64,000 nt of DNA from an uncultured bacterium (GTDB lineage: Bacteria; Patescibacteriota; Minisyncoccia; Phycocordibacterales; PALSA-1337), in the NCBI GenBank assembly GCA_963851055.1, contig CAWKMY010000004.1, positions 16,677 through 80,676 on the forward strand. The letters are read 5' to 3'. Position numbers and translations under genes: made by a program. Under the pieces are notes generated by a model. The model searched no databases. It was not told the origin of the DNA and saw nothing but the letters and a program-made list of their open reading frames with translations. Below, in pieces: positions 63,389 to 64,000 of the stretch (its first letter is position 1; every line of letters starts with the position of its first letter).

Positions 63389-63518
63389 ACTATTTGTTTT
63401 TGGCCGCCGCCGCGCCATTTTTTCGCGCGGGTATTGGGGAAGAAAGAAATTCAGAAATCCTTGCGGCTCAAATCCACCATTTGATCCGCAAGAAGTTTTG
63501 CCATCTGAGCCGCAAGAT

Positions 63519-64000
63519 TCAGCGTACAAAAATATATTTAACCCAATGTGAACCATCTGTGCGATTCAATCTTCCTTGCTGGACTAATTTTGAAAGATAT
63601 CTGGTCGCAGTAGCGTCGGAGCAATGTAAGAGTTCTTGAGCTTGTTCGTTAGTGATAAATCCTTTCTTTTGTGCCAAGAACATTACTTTGTCTAACTTCT
63701 TCTGTCGGTTTGAACCAAGCTTGGCATTCGCTTTAGCTAGGAGTGCGCGAATGAAGCTGGTCTGGTTCTGTTGCGCCGACGATTGCGGCTGTTGAGCAGG
63801 CGGAGTTGGTGGCGTCGGCGGCGCTGACACAGGTGCGGATTGTGTTGGAGATGATTGAACTGGTTTAGAAATCGGTTGATCGTCAATCAGAGTTTCTGGC
63901 TCATTTGGGGCAGAAATTGGCCCTTCCGGCTCGTCGCTTTCAGACTGATTTATAGGTGGATTTTGATCTTCAACGAGCGCCGAGCTATCATCGTTTATAG
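63519..64000 (-). CDS. protein with Pro/Gln-rich region and C-terminal winged-helix DNA-binding domain; 5' end outside window
   Basis: The frame stays open to the window edge (..EPEGPISAPNEPE..PPTPPTPPAQQ..). The C-terminal part reads ITNEQAQELLHCSDATATRYLSKLVQQGRLNRTDGSHWVKY. Confidence 0.6.
   Translation of the reverse strand, partial: INDDSSALVEDQNPPINQSESDEPEGPISAPNEPETLIDDQPISKPVQSSPTQSAPVSAPPTPPTPPAQQPQSSAQQNQTSFIRALLAKANAKLGSNRQKKLDKVMFLAQKKGFITNEQAQELLHCSDATATRYLSKLVQQGRLNRTDGSHWVKYIFVR

Overview
The window reads as a chromosomal segment of a small-genome Patescibacteria/CPR-like (Parcubacteria-type) bacterium. This placement is inferred from gene content: a LamG-tailed type IV pilin, a four-helix-bundle 'IVS' protein, VirB2-like mini-pilin arrays, GWxWSxxIGW-repeat proteins and an RNase J with a basic N-terminal extension. 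The genetic code is standard; TGA, TAA and TAG all end well-conserved genes. Housekeeping backbone: tgt (5' partial), PfkB kinase, class II aldolase, bL25, RNase J, SecG, LemA, HtpX, ValRS, PlsC, an ABC exporter, ABC-F, archaeal-type ProRS, YqeY, RmuC, bL21, RecR, DnaB, GyrA and one tRNA-Leu(UAG). Accessory or unusual blocks: (1) at 28.2-30.7 kb, a closed three-gene cassette of small Cys-bearing protein, strong terminator, radical SAM/SPASM enzyme and an overlapping MTA phosphorylase; this is my best candidate for an undescribed peptide-modification system. (2) at 54.2-58.7 kb, a methyltransferase, an anchored solute-binding-like protein and six tandem VirB2/TrbC-like mini-pilins, with no secretion ATPase in view. 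(3) at 22.9-28.2 kb, an island with an AbiEii-type TA pair, four NUDIX genes (two about 78% identical), an S66 LD-carboxypeptidase, an alpha/beta hydrolase and a nucleotidyltransferase; it also holds 27-nt direct repeats and a GC-rich wHTH gene remnant. (4) at 36.8-41.1 kb, a decay zone where two histidine kinases and a methyltransferase are each broken by multiple frameshifts. (5) other disrupted genes, including a secreted protein whose textbook PEP-CTERM tail lies in the -1 frame. (6) non-coding structure: a 29-nt inverted repeat that includes both stop codons of convergent genes and brackets a four-helix-bundle plus NUDIX insertion; 7-nt periodic stop-rich repeats directly after several stop codons; a conserved element of about 100 nt present three times upstream of toxin-like or small genes; and many -10 boxes placed 6-7 nt before start codons, which suggests leaderless mRNAs. 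All family calls come from motif recognition by eye. No database search was run.
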